A DNA stretch of 32,000 nucleotides, from the NCBI GenBank assembly GCA_030549845.1, contig JAUQQN010000002.1, positions 60,001 through 92,000 of the forward strand. The letters run 5' to 3'. How positions within the stretch are numbered: position 1 is the first letter of the stretch; each line of letters opens with the position of its first letter. The stretch is from Patescibacteria group bacterium (lineage in GTDB: Bacteria; Patescibacteriota; Minisyncoccia; UBA6257; HR35). Under the pieces are notes generated by a model. The model did not search any database. It was not told the origin of the DNA and saw only the letters and a program-made list of their open reading frames with translations. Of the stretch, positions 15,675 through 23,729 are shown piece after piece. The position numbers and the translations under genes are program-made.

Positions 15675-17216
15675 ATGGAAAGAGGGAAAGAGTTGCAACC
15701 AAAATTTCCAAAGCCGAGTGAATATTGGGATGAAATTCAACAAATTTTATCTTCAGCTAAACAAAGTCCTATATCTGGTGCAGCTGTTGAAGCGGTATTA
15801 ATGAGGGGGTTACAGAGTTGGCGAAAGAATAAGATTGAAGAATCAAGTAGAAGAATAATTTCTGGAAATGGAAACTTCTTCTCAAATCCACTAATCTTCA
15901 TTTCTACCATACAAGCTCTTATAGCTGCTGAAAATGGGAAATTAAAAGAATTCCTTGATGCATTAAAAAAACATTGGATATATGAGGAGCATTTAAGAAG
16001 AGTAAGGGTAGGTTTTCCTCCTTATTTGAGGCCCATAGAAGAAGCAATAGAAACACAAAGATTCGGGGAGGAATATGAAAAGAAGGTGTTAGAAATTTTA
16101 CAGATGTTAGGGTATTATGCAGTTGAAACTCCTAAAATGGATGATTATTATGGAACAGGAGACATTTATATCTATATTAAAACACAAGATGGACATTTGA
16201 TATTAGCGATCGATGTTACAACTGTAAGTAAAGAAAATAAAGAAAGAGATTTAGAAATAATTCAATCTAAAATAAAAGCAAATCTTGGAAAAGATAGAAA
16301 AAATCTCACAGCAGCTATAAATCCAAATTCTTTTCTTGAAGCAGGTTATGACGACAAAGTACACAAACTAACGCTTATATTACTACCAGAAGATCAAGAT
16401 ATTTTAGATAAAGGTAGCGATGAAGAAAAGAAGAGACTTATAAAAAGAAAATTAGAAGAAGCAATTGAAAACTTTAAAAGATTGGCAGAAGAAGAAATTG
16501 TTAGTCATTACTTAATGCACGCCTTAATAAATATAGAAGAGTTTGAAGCAAAAATAGAAGCATATCAAAAGTATTTAGAAGAAAATGACGAGTTTAGGGG
16601 CAAAAGTGGTTGGGAGAAATTAAAAACAATGGTTTTAGAAGCAGGTTTAGCAACTAAATCTGAAGTAAAAAGATTAGATAGAAAAAAATTAATAGAATTA
16701 CTCTGCAACGCATATGCTAGGAATTTAATTAACGAGTATCTTCAAAACGTGGAGTCTCCTCCTAAAACTTTAGAAGATTTATACAAAATTTTATTGAATA
16801 ATGTAAATAAAAATTTTTTAATAGGATTGAAAATTTTAGAAAGAACAAAGCTTTTTGATCTTACAAACAAGGACGAATTTAAAAAACTAATTTCTGAAAT
16901 ATATAAATATCCTGAGAGCTTGGAAGAAATACTTAAAGGAGTTTATTTAGAAACAACAATCTTTGGAGAAACTGAACCGGATGATGAAGTTTTAAAAACT
17001 TTATACAATTTAGACAAAAATTGGAATAACCTAAGCAAAAATGAAAGGAAGGAAAAAATTTTTGAAGCTTTACAAAAACTCATTTTAAAAGATCCCGAAA
17101 TAGGAAAAGCCCTTATCGAAGTAGTATACAGAAAACTTGTTAAACAAAGAGAAAATTTAATAAATTTCTGGAATGCAGTAAAATCTTATCTTGAAGTAAG
17201 TACTCCCTATTTTTAA
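15675..17216 (+). CDS. hypothetical protein, 513 aa (orphan; possible PD-(D/E)xK-like core near aa 130-183, helical K/E-rich C-terminal half)
   Basis: Long clean ORF on the opposite strand to all its neighbours. No family recognised. The segment FGEEYEKKVLEILQMLGYYAVETPKMDDYYGTGDIYIYIKTQDGHLILAIDVTT loosely resembles Mrr-type restriction-endonuclease cores, but the (D/E)xK lysine is not evident. Confidence 0.7.
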   Translation: MERGKELQPKFPKPSEYWDEIQQILSSAKQSPISGAAVEAVLMRGLQSWRKNKIEESSRRIISGNGNFFSNPLIFISTIQALIAAENGKLKEFLDALKKHWIYEEHLRRVRVGFPPYLRPIEEAIETQRFGEEYEKKVLEILQMLGYYAVETPKMDDYYGTGDIYIYIKTQDGHLILAIDVTTVSKENKERDLEIIQSKIKANLGKDRKNLTAAINPNSFLEAGYDDKVHKLTLILLPEDQDILDKGSDEEKKRLIKRKLEEAIENFKRLAEEEIVSHYLMHALINIEEFEAKIEAYQKYLEENDEFRGKSGWEKLKTMVLEAGLATKSEVKRLDRKKLIELLCNAYARNLINEYLQNVESPPKTLEDLYKILLNNVNKNFLIGLKILERTKLFDLTNKDEFKKLISEIYKYPESLEEILKGVYLETTIFGETEPDDEVLKTLYNLDKNWNNLSKNERKEKIFEALQKLILKDPEIGKALIEVVYRKLVKQRENLINFWNAVKSYLEVSTPYF

Positions 17217-17249
17217 CTTATCAATAAGATAGCTCTGCTTCGAATTTGC

Positions 17250-17320
17250 TGCGGGGCCTGGATTCGAACCAGGACTAACGGCTCCAAAGGCCGCTGTGCT
17301 ACCGTTACACCACCCCGCAA
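17250..17320 (-). tRNA. tRNA-Gln (anticodon TTG)
   Basis: Hand-folded 71 nt: TGCGGGG-TG-GTGT-AACGGTA-GCAC-A-GCGGC-CTTTGGA-GCCGT-TAGT-CCTGG-TTCGAAT-CCAGG-CCCCGCA-G. U1:A72 and G73 are as in bacterial tRNA-Gln. Confidence 0.9.
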
Positions 17321-17396
17321 TTTTAAAATTATAAATTATTTTTTATCGTATATAAAAATTTTTATTACTTAACCCGTTCTTTTTTATATTTATTTT

Positions 17397-18185
17397 TCAG
17401 GTATGGGTTTTCAATAAATATAAACCTCCATAGATTCCTGATTTTTCCTGAAGTTTGCTTTTAAAAATTTTTGTTTTAAAGGGTAAAGTTTTTAAATTAC
17501 TAAAATTTACTTTTAACTCTTCAAAGTCTAAGCTTTTGATTAATGAACCACCAATAATAATTGCCTCTACTGACCAAAAAATAGCAACATTAATTAAAAA
17601 CCCAGCGAAAATTTTATTAATATAGGACCAAAATTTTTTATCTTTAATTTCTTCTGGCTTTTTACCAGTAATTTTTTCTATTGATTTTCCTCCTATTAAT
17701 TTTTCAACTTCTATAAAATTAGAATTTAATAAAAACAAACTATGGCCTGGTTCAAAGCCGAAAAAATTCTCTTCAACTTTTTTATTTACAATTTTTACCC
17801 CACCCACTCCACTACTTAGAGTAACATAACCCAAAATATTAAATCTTTTACCAATGCCATAAACAGCCTCTCCTAAACCTGCAAGTTCTGCATCATTTTT
17901 TAAAATAACATCGCAATTAAATAAATTTTTAAAATCTTTAACAATATTTTTATTATTAAAATTAGGAAGGTTAGGGGCTTTAATTATTTTTTCATTTCTT
18001 ATCATCCCAGCAAAACCAATAACTATTCTATTGAATCTTGTTTCTTTCAAGTTGTTTTTAAGTACTTGCAAGAAATCATTATAATTCTTAGGAGTTTCGA
18101 TAATAAAAAATTTATCAATTTTATTTAAGTTTTTACTAATACCTATTTTAGTCGTAGTGGCTCCTATATCTAATAAAAGGTGCAT
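17397..18185 (-). CDS. ROK-like sugar kinase (glucokinase-like), without the ROK zinc-Cys motif
   Basis: 262 aa. LLDIGATTTKIG (phosphate-1), LKNDAELAGLGEAVYG, TLSSGVGGVKIV, GFEPGH. No CxCGxxGC motif follows. Its start overlaps the stop of the upstream surface-protein gene (TAATG). Confidence 0.65.
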   Translation of the reverse strand: MHLLLDIGATTTKIGISKNLNKIDKFFIIETPKNYNDFLQVLKNNLKETRFNRIVIGFAGMIRNEKIIKAPNLPNFNNKNIVKDFKNLFNCDVILKNDAELAGLGEAVYGIGKRFNILGYVTLSSGVGGVKIVNKKVEENFFGFEPGHSLFLLNSNFIEVEKLIGGKSIEKITGKKPEEIKDKKFWSYINKIFAGFLINVAIFWSVEAIIIGGSLIKSLDFEELKVNFSNLKTLPFKTKIFKSKLQEKSGIYGGLYLLKTHT

Positions 18186-19687
18186 TATTCAATTTTAGTT
18201 TTTTCCTTCGATCTTGCAAATAAATAATACCACATTGCTATATTTAACAAAATCAAAATTATAACTAAAATCCACGGTGTTGAAATAATACTAAATAATC
18301 CTCCAGCAAAAGCAGCAAGTGGAGCAAATATATTTTCCTTTTTACTTACTTCAATAGTAACTGGAAAATCTTTTTTGGTCCCATTTATACCTGCTGTAAT
18401 TATCCCATAATATTCACCTTCTTCTGCATCACAAGGTACATCAATAGTCCAATTAAATGAATTTATATCATTAGGTAAAACTTCTATAACTCTTGCTTTT
18501 GGCTTAAACCATTTTTTAATCTCCCCACTTATTGTAAAAGATACTTTTCTTTTTTTGCTATTGTTATTAATAATAGTAATATTTATATTATCTTTCTTGC
18601 ATATATATGTCTTCAAATAATCATCTATAGATATATCCAAATAAGAATTTTGCATTTCTTTTGTAACCAAAGTAGCGGCCGGAGTTGTTGGCTTAGTTAC
18701 TGGAACTCTGACAGTTTGGGTTATTGTTTTTGTGATTGTCTTTGTAATAAATTGCGTTCTTCCTACACTAAGCACAAGTTCTTTTGAAGAAGTAGCACCC
18801 TTATCATCTACAACTGTAAGCTTTATATTATAAGTCCCTGAACTAAGGGCCCTTGAAAAAGATGGATTTCTTGAAACAATTTCATTATTTATTGACCATT
18901 CATAAAGAATTATTCTACCATCAGGATCATAAGAGCCAGCTGAAGAGAAGGTTACAATTGTTCCTGGTTTAATTAAGGTTGGAGAATAAGTTATATTAGC
19001 AATAGGTTTTTGATTTTGAGATGTTATAGTTGTCTGTTGAATTTCACGGGAAATTACATTTACACTACAATTTGTGGCTCTTGAAATACCATCTGAATAA
19101 ACTGTTAAATAAACATAATAAGTACCTGGAGTATAAAACGTTTTTTGGCAAATAGATGAATTTCCAACACAATCTCCAGACCAGGAATATGAATAATATC
19201 CTGTTCCCCCAGATACGTTAGAATAGAAAGTAACTAAACTTCCTACATAAGCTGGGTTGGGTGCTGAATAGCAAGAAACACTTAAATCAGATTGCTGGGT
19301 TCCACAAGTAGTTGTAAAAGATCTAATTTCCCCATAATTTATTCCGGCGGAGTTTTTTGCTACTGCTCTATAATAGTATGTTGTACAAGGATTTAAATTA
19401 AATATTGTATAACAAAATCTATAAGGAGTATAAGTAACATTCAGGGTTTGAACGGGCGTAGTATTAGTTAAAGCAGTGGTTCTTCCCCATTCAAACCAAA
19501 CCTGAATATTTTGATCCCCTCCTGTATCAGTTATTTCACCAACTAAAGTAGCTTGAGTATCAGTATAGGTTGATCTGCTTGGACAAGCTTGCGCATTTAC
19601 ATCGTATAATCCTAAAAACAAAACAAACAATGCAACTAACATTATTTTTAATTTGCTTTTTATAAATCTTTCTTTTTTTATTTGCAT
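18185..19687 (-). CDS. secreted, C-terminally membrane-anchored surface protein: FN3-like Cys-bracketed domain + 2 PKD-like domains + Ig-like domain + TM
   Basis: 500 aa. Signal peptide (...LGLYDVNAQA), then CPSRSTY...WFEWGRT...CTTYYYRAVAKNSAGINYGEIRSFTTTC. PKD-like segments (SGGTGYYSYSWSGDC...; SYDPDGRIILYEWSINN...LTVVDDKGATS). C-terminal helix WILVIILILLNIAMWYYLF. Confidence 0.8.
   Translation of the reverse strand: MQIKKERFIKSKLKIMLVALFVLFLGLYDVNAQACPSRSTYTDTQATLVGEITDTGGDQNIQVWFEWGRTTALTNTTPVQTLNVTYTPYRFCYTIFNLNPCTTYYYRAVAKNSAGINYGEIRSFTTTCGTQQSDLSVSCYSAPNPAYVGSLVTFYSNVSGGTGYYSYSWSGDCVGNSSICQKTFYTPGTYYVYLTVYSDGISRATNCSVNVISREIQQTTITSQNQKPIANITYSPTLIKPGTIVTFSSAGSYDPDGRIILYEWSINNEIVSRNPSFSRALSSGTYNIKLTVVDDKGATSSKELVLSVGRTQFITKTITKTITQTVRVPVTKPTTPAATLVTKEMQNSYLDISIDDYLKTYICKKDNINITIINNNSKKRKVSFTISGEIKKWFKPKARVIEVLPNDINSFNWTIDVPCDAEEGEYYGIITAGINGTKKDFPVTIEVSKKENIFAPLAAFAGGLFSIISTPWILVIILILLNIAMWYYLFARSKEKTKIE
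19320..19387. repeat. 68-bp perfect direct repeat, copy A (inside the 500-aa gene)
   Basis: gatctaatttccccataatttattccggcggagttttttgctactgctctataatagtatgttgtaca is identical base for base to 19700..19767. The flanks diverge immediately on both sides. Confidence 0.95.
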
Positions 19688-20052
19688 TTTGTCTTTATTG
19701 ATCTAATTTCCCCATAATTTATTCCGGCGGAGTTTTTTGCTACTGCTCTATAATAGTATGTTGTACATTTTTTTAATTTATTCACATTTATACAATATAT
19801 TCCTGGTTTGCTTAATTTTATTGATTTTGTCTTAAACATTAAACTTGATGAAGAAGATCCGTACTCAAACCAACCTTCTACATATTTGTCATTTCCTAAA
19901 CTATCAACTTTTCCTACAAAAATTATATTATTTTTATTAGCAATAGTTCTCTGGGGACATTTTATTGAAATAGTATTCACCGCAAAAACCCTAGAAGCTA
20001 AAAATGTAAAGAATATTAAAATACTTATTAAAAGGATAAATAATTTCTTCAT
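19678..20052 (-). CDS. secreted single-domain paralog (FN3-like Cys-bracketed domain only)
   Basis: 124 aa. Signal peptide, then CPQRTIA...GWFEYGSSSS...CTTYYYRAVAKNSAGINYGEIRSIKTKCK. Overlaps the downstream paralog's start by 10 nt. Confidence 0.7.
   Translation of the reverse strand: MKKLFILLISILIFFTFLASRVFAVNTISIKCPQRTIANKNNIIFVGKVDSLGNDKYVEGWFEYGSSSSSLMFKTKSIKLSKPGIYCINVNKLKKCTTYYYRAVAKNSAGINYGEIRSIKTKCK
19700..19767. repeat. 68-bp perfect direct repeat, copy B (inside the 124-aa gene)
   Basis: Identical to 19320..19387 (offset 380 bp). In both genes it encodes TTYYYRAVAKNSAGINYGEIRS. Confidence 0.95.
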
Positions 20053-20102
20053 TTTAATCGTCTTTCTTTTTAATAATATTTTTCTCTATAAATAGTGTTT
20101 TT

Positions 20103-20795
20103 TTATAATGTTTGAACTGCAGGTAAAGTAATAACAGCAGGCGGATTAGCTCTTACATCCACAGTTACAGAATCAGAAACAGATTGATTGTATCCAGAAC
20201 AAGTGATAGTAAATGTATATCTTCCAGAGCTTAAATTAGAAATTACTTGTGAACCAGAAACTGATTTACTACCACTCCAAGCTGAAACCCATGGACTACT
20301 TTGAGCTGAGCAGGATGAAACATCTCTAGATGTCCAAGAAAGTGTAACACTTTCTCCAGGTAATATTGTTATTGTACCATCAGTACCATTAACCTTTAAA
20401 TCAACTTCAGGTCTTACACACAATGTTGTAAATGACATTATATCACCATAAGAAGTACCACCAGAGTTTTGGGCTACAGCTCTATAGTAATATGTTGAGC
20501 ATGGGGTTAAATTACTAATAGAAGAACAAAATCTATAAGGAACATTATCAACTCTTAAATATTGCTTTGATGTACTTCTTCCTAGAGAACTGGTTTCCCC
20601 CCACTCAAACCATGCAGTTATATTTTTATCTCCTCCTGTATCATTAATTTGACCTACTAATGTAGCTGCAGTGTGTGTGAATGTTGTATTAGAAGGACAA
20701 GAAGATTGAGCAAAAGATTTGAGATTCAAACTAAAACCTAAACCTAATAGAGCAATAAGCAAAATACCTAAAGATATTACTTTTCCTCTATTCAT
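20103..20795 (-). CDS. secreted paralog: FN3-like Cys-bracketed domain + Ig-like domain
   Basis: 230 aa. Signal peptide (..LKSFAQS), then CPSNTTFTHTAATLVGQINDTGGDKNITAWFEWGETSS...CSTYYYRAVAQNSGGTSYGDIMSFTTLC and a second beta-rich domain (VTLSWTSRDVSSCSA...YTFTITCSG). Confidence 0.8.
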   Translation of the reverse strand: MNRGKVISLGILLIALLGLGFSLNLKSFAQSSCPSNTTFTHTAATLVGQINDTGGDKNITAWFEWGETSSLGRSTSKQYLRVDNVPYRFCSSISNLTPCSTYYYRAVAQNSGGTSYGDIMSFTTLCVRPEVDLKVNGTDGTITILPGESVTLSWTSRDVSSCSAQSSPWVSAWSGSKSVSGSQVISNLSSGRYTFTITCSGYNQSVSDSVTVDVRANPPAVITLPAVQTL

Positions 20796-20966
20796 TTTTT
20801 GTACTTTTAGAGATTAATTAAGACCTTTTACTAAAAATAACCCAAGCTTCTAATTAATTTTCGACTTATTAATAAATGTCATTAAATTATAAAATTTTTC
20901 TGCCCTATAGTCAAGACCCTTAGTAAAGAACAAAATTATTTAAAAAAATACAATTTTTAAATCTTT

Positions 20967-21587
20967 TTAATGAGGTTTTTTAAAGCACACTAAGTTATAA
21001 TTTATAGATTTTGATTCTTTTGAAAGGTATTCTTCAATTTCTGTAATCAAAGTGCCTGTTACAAGAATAGTTTTATTTTTTTTACTAAATTGAATTTTTT
21101 CCTCTCTTAAAACTTGCTCAAGATAATCATTACTTGGAAATATCCTAGCTTCTCCTCCTGGTTTTAAAACTCTTAAAATTTCCATAACAGATCGTCTTAT
21201 GTTTTCTTTTGACATTTCTTCATCTTCGGAGGTTAAATATAAAGGCATTCCATATAATGATAACACTAAGTCAAATGAGTTATCTTGAAATGGTAACTGT
21301 AAAAATGAAGCAGCAATTAATCCTAATTTATCAGAGTTATATAAATAGGGTTGAGCTTCTTTGATTTCTTTTCTTCTTTCCTCTTCCTTTAAAGTAATAT
21401 CTAATCCTACAACCTCTGCTTTATCTTCTATTTTTTGAAGAAGCTCTCTTGGAAATCTTTGCAATCTTCCTGATCCCAAGTCTAATATTTTTTTACCTTT
21501 TAGTTCTTCTATATTTAAATCTAGTAGCTCTAAATAATTTTTGAGAGACCGGTCTGTTATCATTATTTTTCTTTCGATTTTTTTCAT
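20967..21587 (-). CDS. class I SAM-dependent methyltransferase
   Basis: 206 aa. Motif I ILDLGSGRL, acidic loop VVGLDI, FDLVLSLYG, post-II LKPGGEARIF. Confidence 0.75.
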   Translation of the reverse strand: MKKIERKIMITDRSLKNYLELLDLNIEELKGKKILDLGSGRLQRFPRELLQKIEDKAEVVGLDITLKEEERRKEIKEAQPYLYNSDKLGLIAASFLQLPFQDNSFDLVLSLYGMPLYLTSEDEEMSKENIRRSVMEILRVLKPGGEARIFPSNDYLEQVLREEKIQFSKKNKTILVTGTLITEIEEYLSKESKSINYNLVCFKKPH

Positions 21588-21591
21588 AAAC

Positions 21592-22380
21592 TTAAACTAA
21601 AAACTTAATTAGTTTGTTACTCAATAGGGGTAAATATTTCCTTCCTATATTCTCCCCTATTTTAATTTTTTCTTGTGCGTTTAGAAAATCATACCATTTA
21701 ACTTCATATGGCAGATTTACATTTATAACAAAATCCGCGTTTTTAACATTAAATTTAGCAAGGTTATATTCTAATATTTTTAAAGAATAATCTGCTACTT
21801 CTAAAATATTGTAGTGACCCTTGAGAGAAAAATTATAATTACTTAAATTTACAGCAATCACAAAATCCGCTCCCATTTTTCTTACTACATCAACAGGAAC
21901 AGGCAATGAAATTCCACCATCTACTAGCATTTTATTATTTATTTTCACTGGAGCAAAAATAAAAGGAATTGAAATACTTGCTCTAATAGCAGTAGATAAT
22001 TTTCCTTTATCTATTACATAATAATCTCCAGAAGATAAATCAGTTGCAATTGCTCTAAAGGGAATTAAGCAATTTTCTATTTTTTTATCACCTAAATAAT
22101 ACTCTAAAAAATTTTTTATCTTTTCCCCACTTATTAAGCCAGATTTAAAATCAGGATCAAAAAATAAAGAAAATAAATCTTTCCAATCTGTATCAATAGC
22201 TATTTCTTCAATTTTATCTATAGAAAATCCTGCACAATAAAAACCTCCTATTAATGCGCCTATGCTTGATCCTGCAATAAAATTAATAGGAATTTTATTT
22301 TCTATTAAAACTTTTAGAATACCTATATGAATTAACCCCCTAGCTCCCCCAGCACCTAATGCTAATCCTATTTTTATCAT
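21592..22380 (-). CDS. patatin-like phospholipase (RssA-like)
   Basis: 262 aa. GLALGAGGARG oxyanion motif, GSSIGALIG (GxSxG), VDGG catalytic Asp motif. Confidence 0.9.
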   Translation of the reverse strand: MIKIGLALGAGGARGLIHIGILKVLIENKIPINFIAGSSIGALIGGFYCAGFSIDKIEEIAIDTDWKDLFSLFFDPDFKSGLISGEKIKNFLEYYLGDKKIENCLIPFRAIATDLSSGDYYVIDKGKLSTAIRASISIPFIFAPVKINNKMLVDGGISLPVPVDVVRKMGADFVIAVNLSNYNFSLKGHYNILEVADYSLKILEYNLAKFNVKNADFVINVNLPYEVKWYDFLNAQEKIKIGENIGRKYLPLLSNKLIKFLV

Positions 22381-22399
22381 ACCTTCATTGATTTATTTG

Positions 22400-23107
22400 C
22401 TATTGAGATTGTTTTTGAGATTGTTGTTGAATTTGTTGTTTAATTTGCTCAATAATCTGAGAAAGGTCTACACCAAAAGATTCTTTTATCTTGGTTTTTA
22501 AATTTTCTAATGTTTTCTCAATATTCTCGAATTTCCTCTCCATAATTGCTTGAGTTTTTCTTTCTAAAACAACAATTTTTTTAGCTAAAAATTGAGAACC
22601 GTTCCAAATGCCAAAAATTTTAACTCTTTCTCCAATTTTTATATCAGTAGTATTTATAAGTTGCGGATTAACTTGAGCCAATAATCTTAAATTTATACTT
22701 GATATTACCTTTGTATCAGTTCCTATATGCCAATCAATCTTAAAACCTTGTGAGTTAATAGTTAATATATTATTCTCATTTCTATCTACAATACCTTGCT
22801 GAACCGTAAAACCAACTGGGTTTAAAAAGAAGAACTCAGCTTTTATTCTATTTGTTATTTTTTCTCTTACAAAATCATCGAGGTCTTTAAACTCCCCAAG
22901 TTGCTGTTTGTTTAAAGGAGGAGTTTTAATTTCAATTTTATTAGGATTTATCTTAACAAATGGAGCTTTTTCTTTAAATAATTCAATTTTAGGAGCTGGA
23001 ACTATTACTGGAGTAGAAGTAACAACAGGATTTATCTCTTCAGCTTTTGCAATTAAACCAAACAAAAAAAGAAAACCTACTATCCCTCCAATTAAAATTT
23101 TTCTCAT
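22400..23107 (-). CDS. hypothetical secreted protein with Q-rich coiled-coil tail
   Basis: 235 aa. Signal peptide (FLFLFGLIAKAEE), a beta-rich core (KIGERVKIFGIWNGSQFLAKKIVVL, OB/DUF5666-like by eye) and a C-terminal IKQQIQQQSQKQSQ. Confidence 0.65.
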   Translation of the reverse strand: MRKILIGGIVGFLFLFGLIAKAEEINPVVTSTPVIVPAPKIELFKEKAPFVKINPNKIEIKTPPLNKQQLGEFKDLDDFVREKITNRIKAEFFFLNPVGFTVQQGIVDRNENNILTINSQGFKIDWHIGTDTKVISSINLRLLAQVNPQLINTTDIKIGERVKIFGIWNGSQFLAKKIVVLERKTQAIMERKFENIEKTLENLKTKIKESFGVDLSQIIEQIKQQIQQQSQKQSQ

Positions 23108-23729
23108 TACTTAAAAATTATATTTAATTCGACTTAACAAGTTAATAACTATTTAATTACTTTGATTTTTTAGGTCTCTTTTTAGAACCACAACTTTTTG
23201 CCATTTTTTGTCTACGATATTTTAAAAATTTAAATCCGACCTTTAAAAATTATAACAAAATTTCAGAAATAAAATAAAAAACAAATTGTATAATAGTTTC
23301 TTAGCATTTATTATGTTTAAGCAAAAAATAAAATTTTAACAAATTCAGGAATTATTGAAATTTCTCATGCAGAAATTTAAAAAAGAATCATGCAAGGAAT
23401 TTATAAAAAGGAGCTAAGCTCAGGATTAAAAAATTATTAATTCCTTCTAAAAACAGTTCTGTTAAAAATCACTATAAAAACTTGCTTCAAAATTTTTATA
23501 GCAAAGAGGCATCAAGATTAAAAAATTATTTATTTCATATAAATTTTTAATGTGACTTATTTGCTTTATGCGTAATTACTATTTGCTCTTATTCTTTTGG
23601 TGCTTGCACATCTTATCTACTCCAAAATTACATCATAAAATTTTCCCAAAAACAATAATTGTAAGACGCAGTTTGATAAAAAAAATTGTAATAGTAAAAT
23701 TTTTAAGTAATACTTATGGAACTCGAAAA

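Noticed and set aside
19320-19767. The idea that the 68-bp repeat pair is a diversity-generating retroelement template/variable repeat.
   Set aside because: The copies are identical, with no adenine-specific mismatches. Both lie in expressed-looking paralogs, and no reverse transcriptase gene is in the window.
8727-23150. Recurrent AAGTCGAA(A/T)(A/T)TAA motif, 6-67 nt upstream of the rpmI, rpoA, 20795 and 23107 starts, with a similar GGTCGAAATAAAT before the GH3 gene at 31597. Two copies share an identical 17-mer.
   Set aside because: A rough composition-based estimate gives about 4 GTCGAA hexamers per strand by chance, and about that many are seen, including intragenic ones near 8025, 24836 and 27907. 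One or two identical 17-mers are also expected by chance in DNA this AT-rich. It is not distinguishable from chance without genome-wide statistics.
23157-23204. A 15-aa Lys-rich micro-ORF (MAKSCGSKKRPKKSK) on the minus strand, upstream of the secreted-protein gene.
   Set aside because: It is too short, has no ribosome-binding context or recognisable family, and is easily produced by chance in A-rich sequence.
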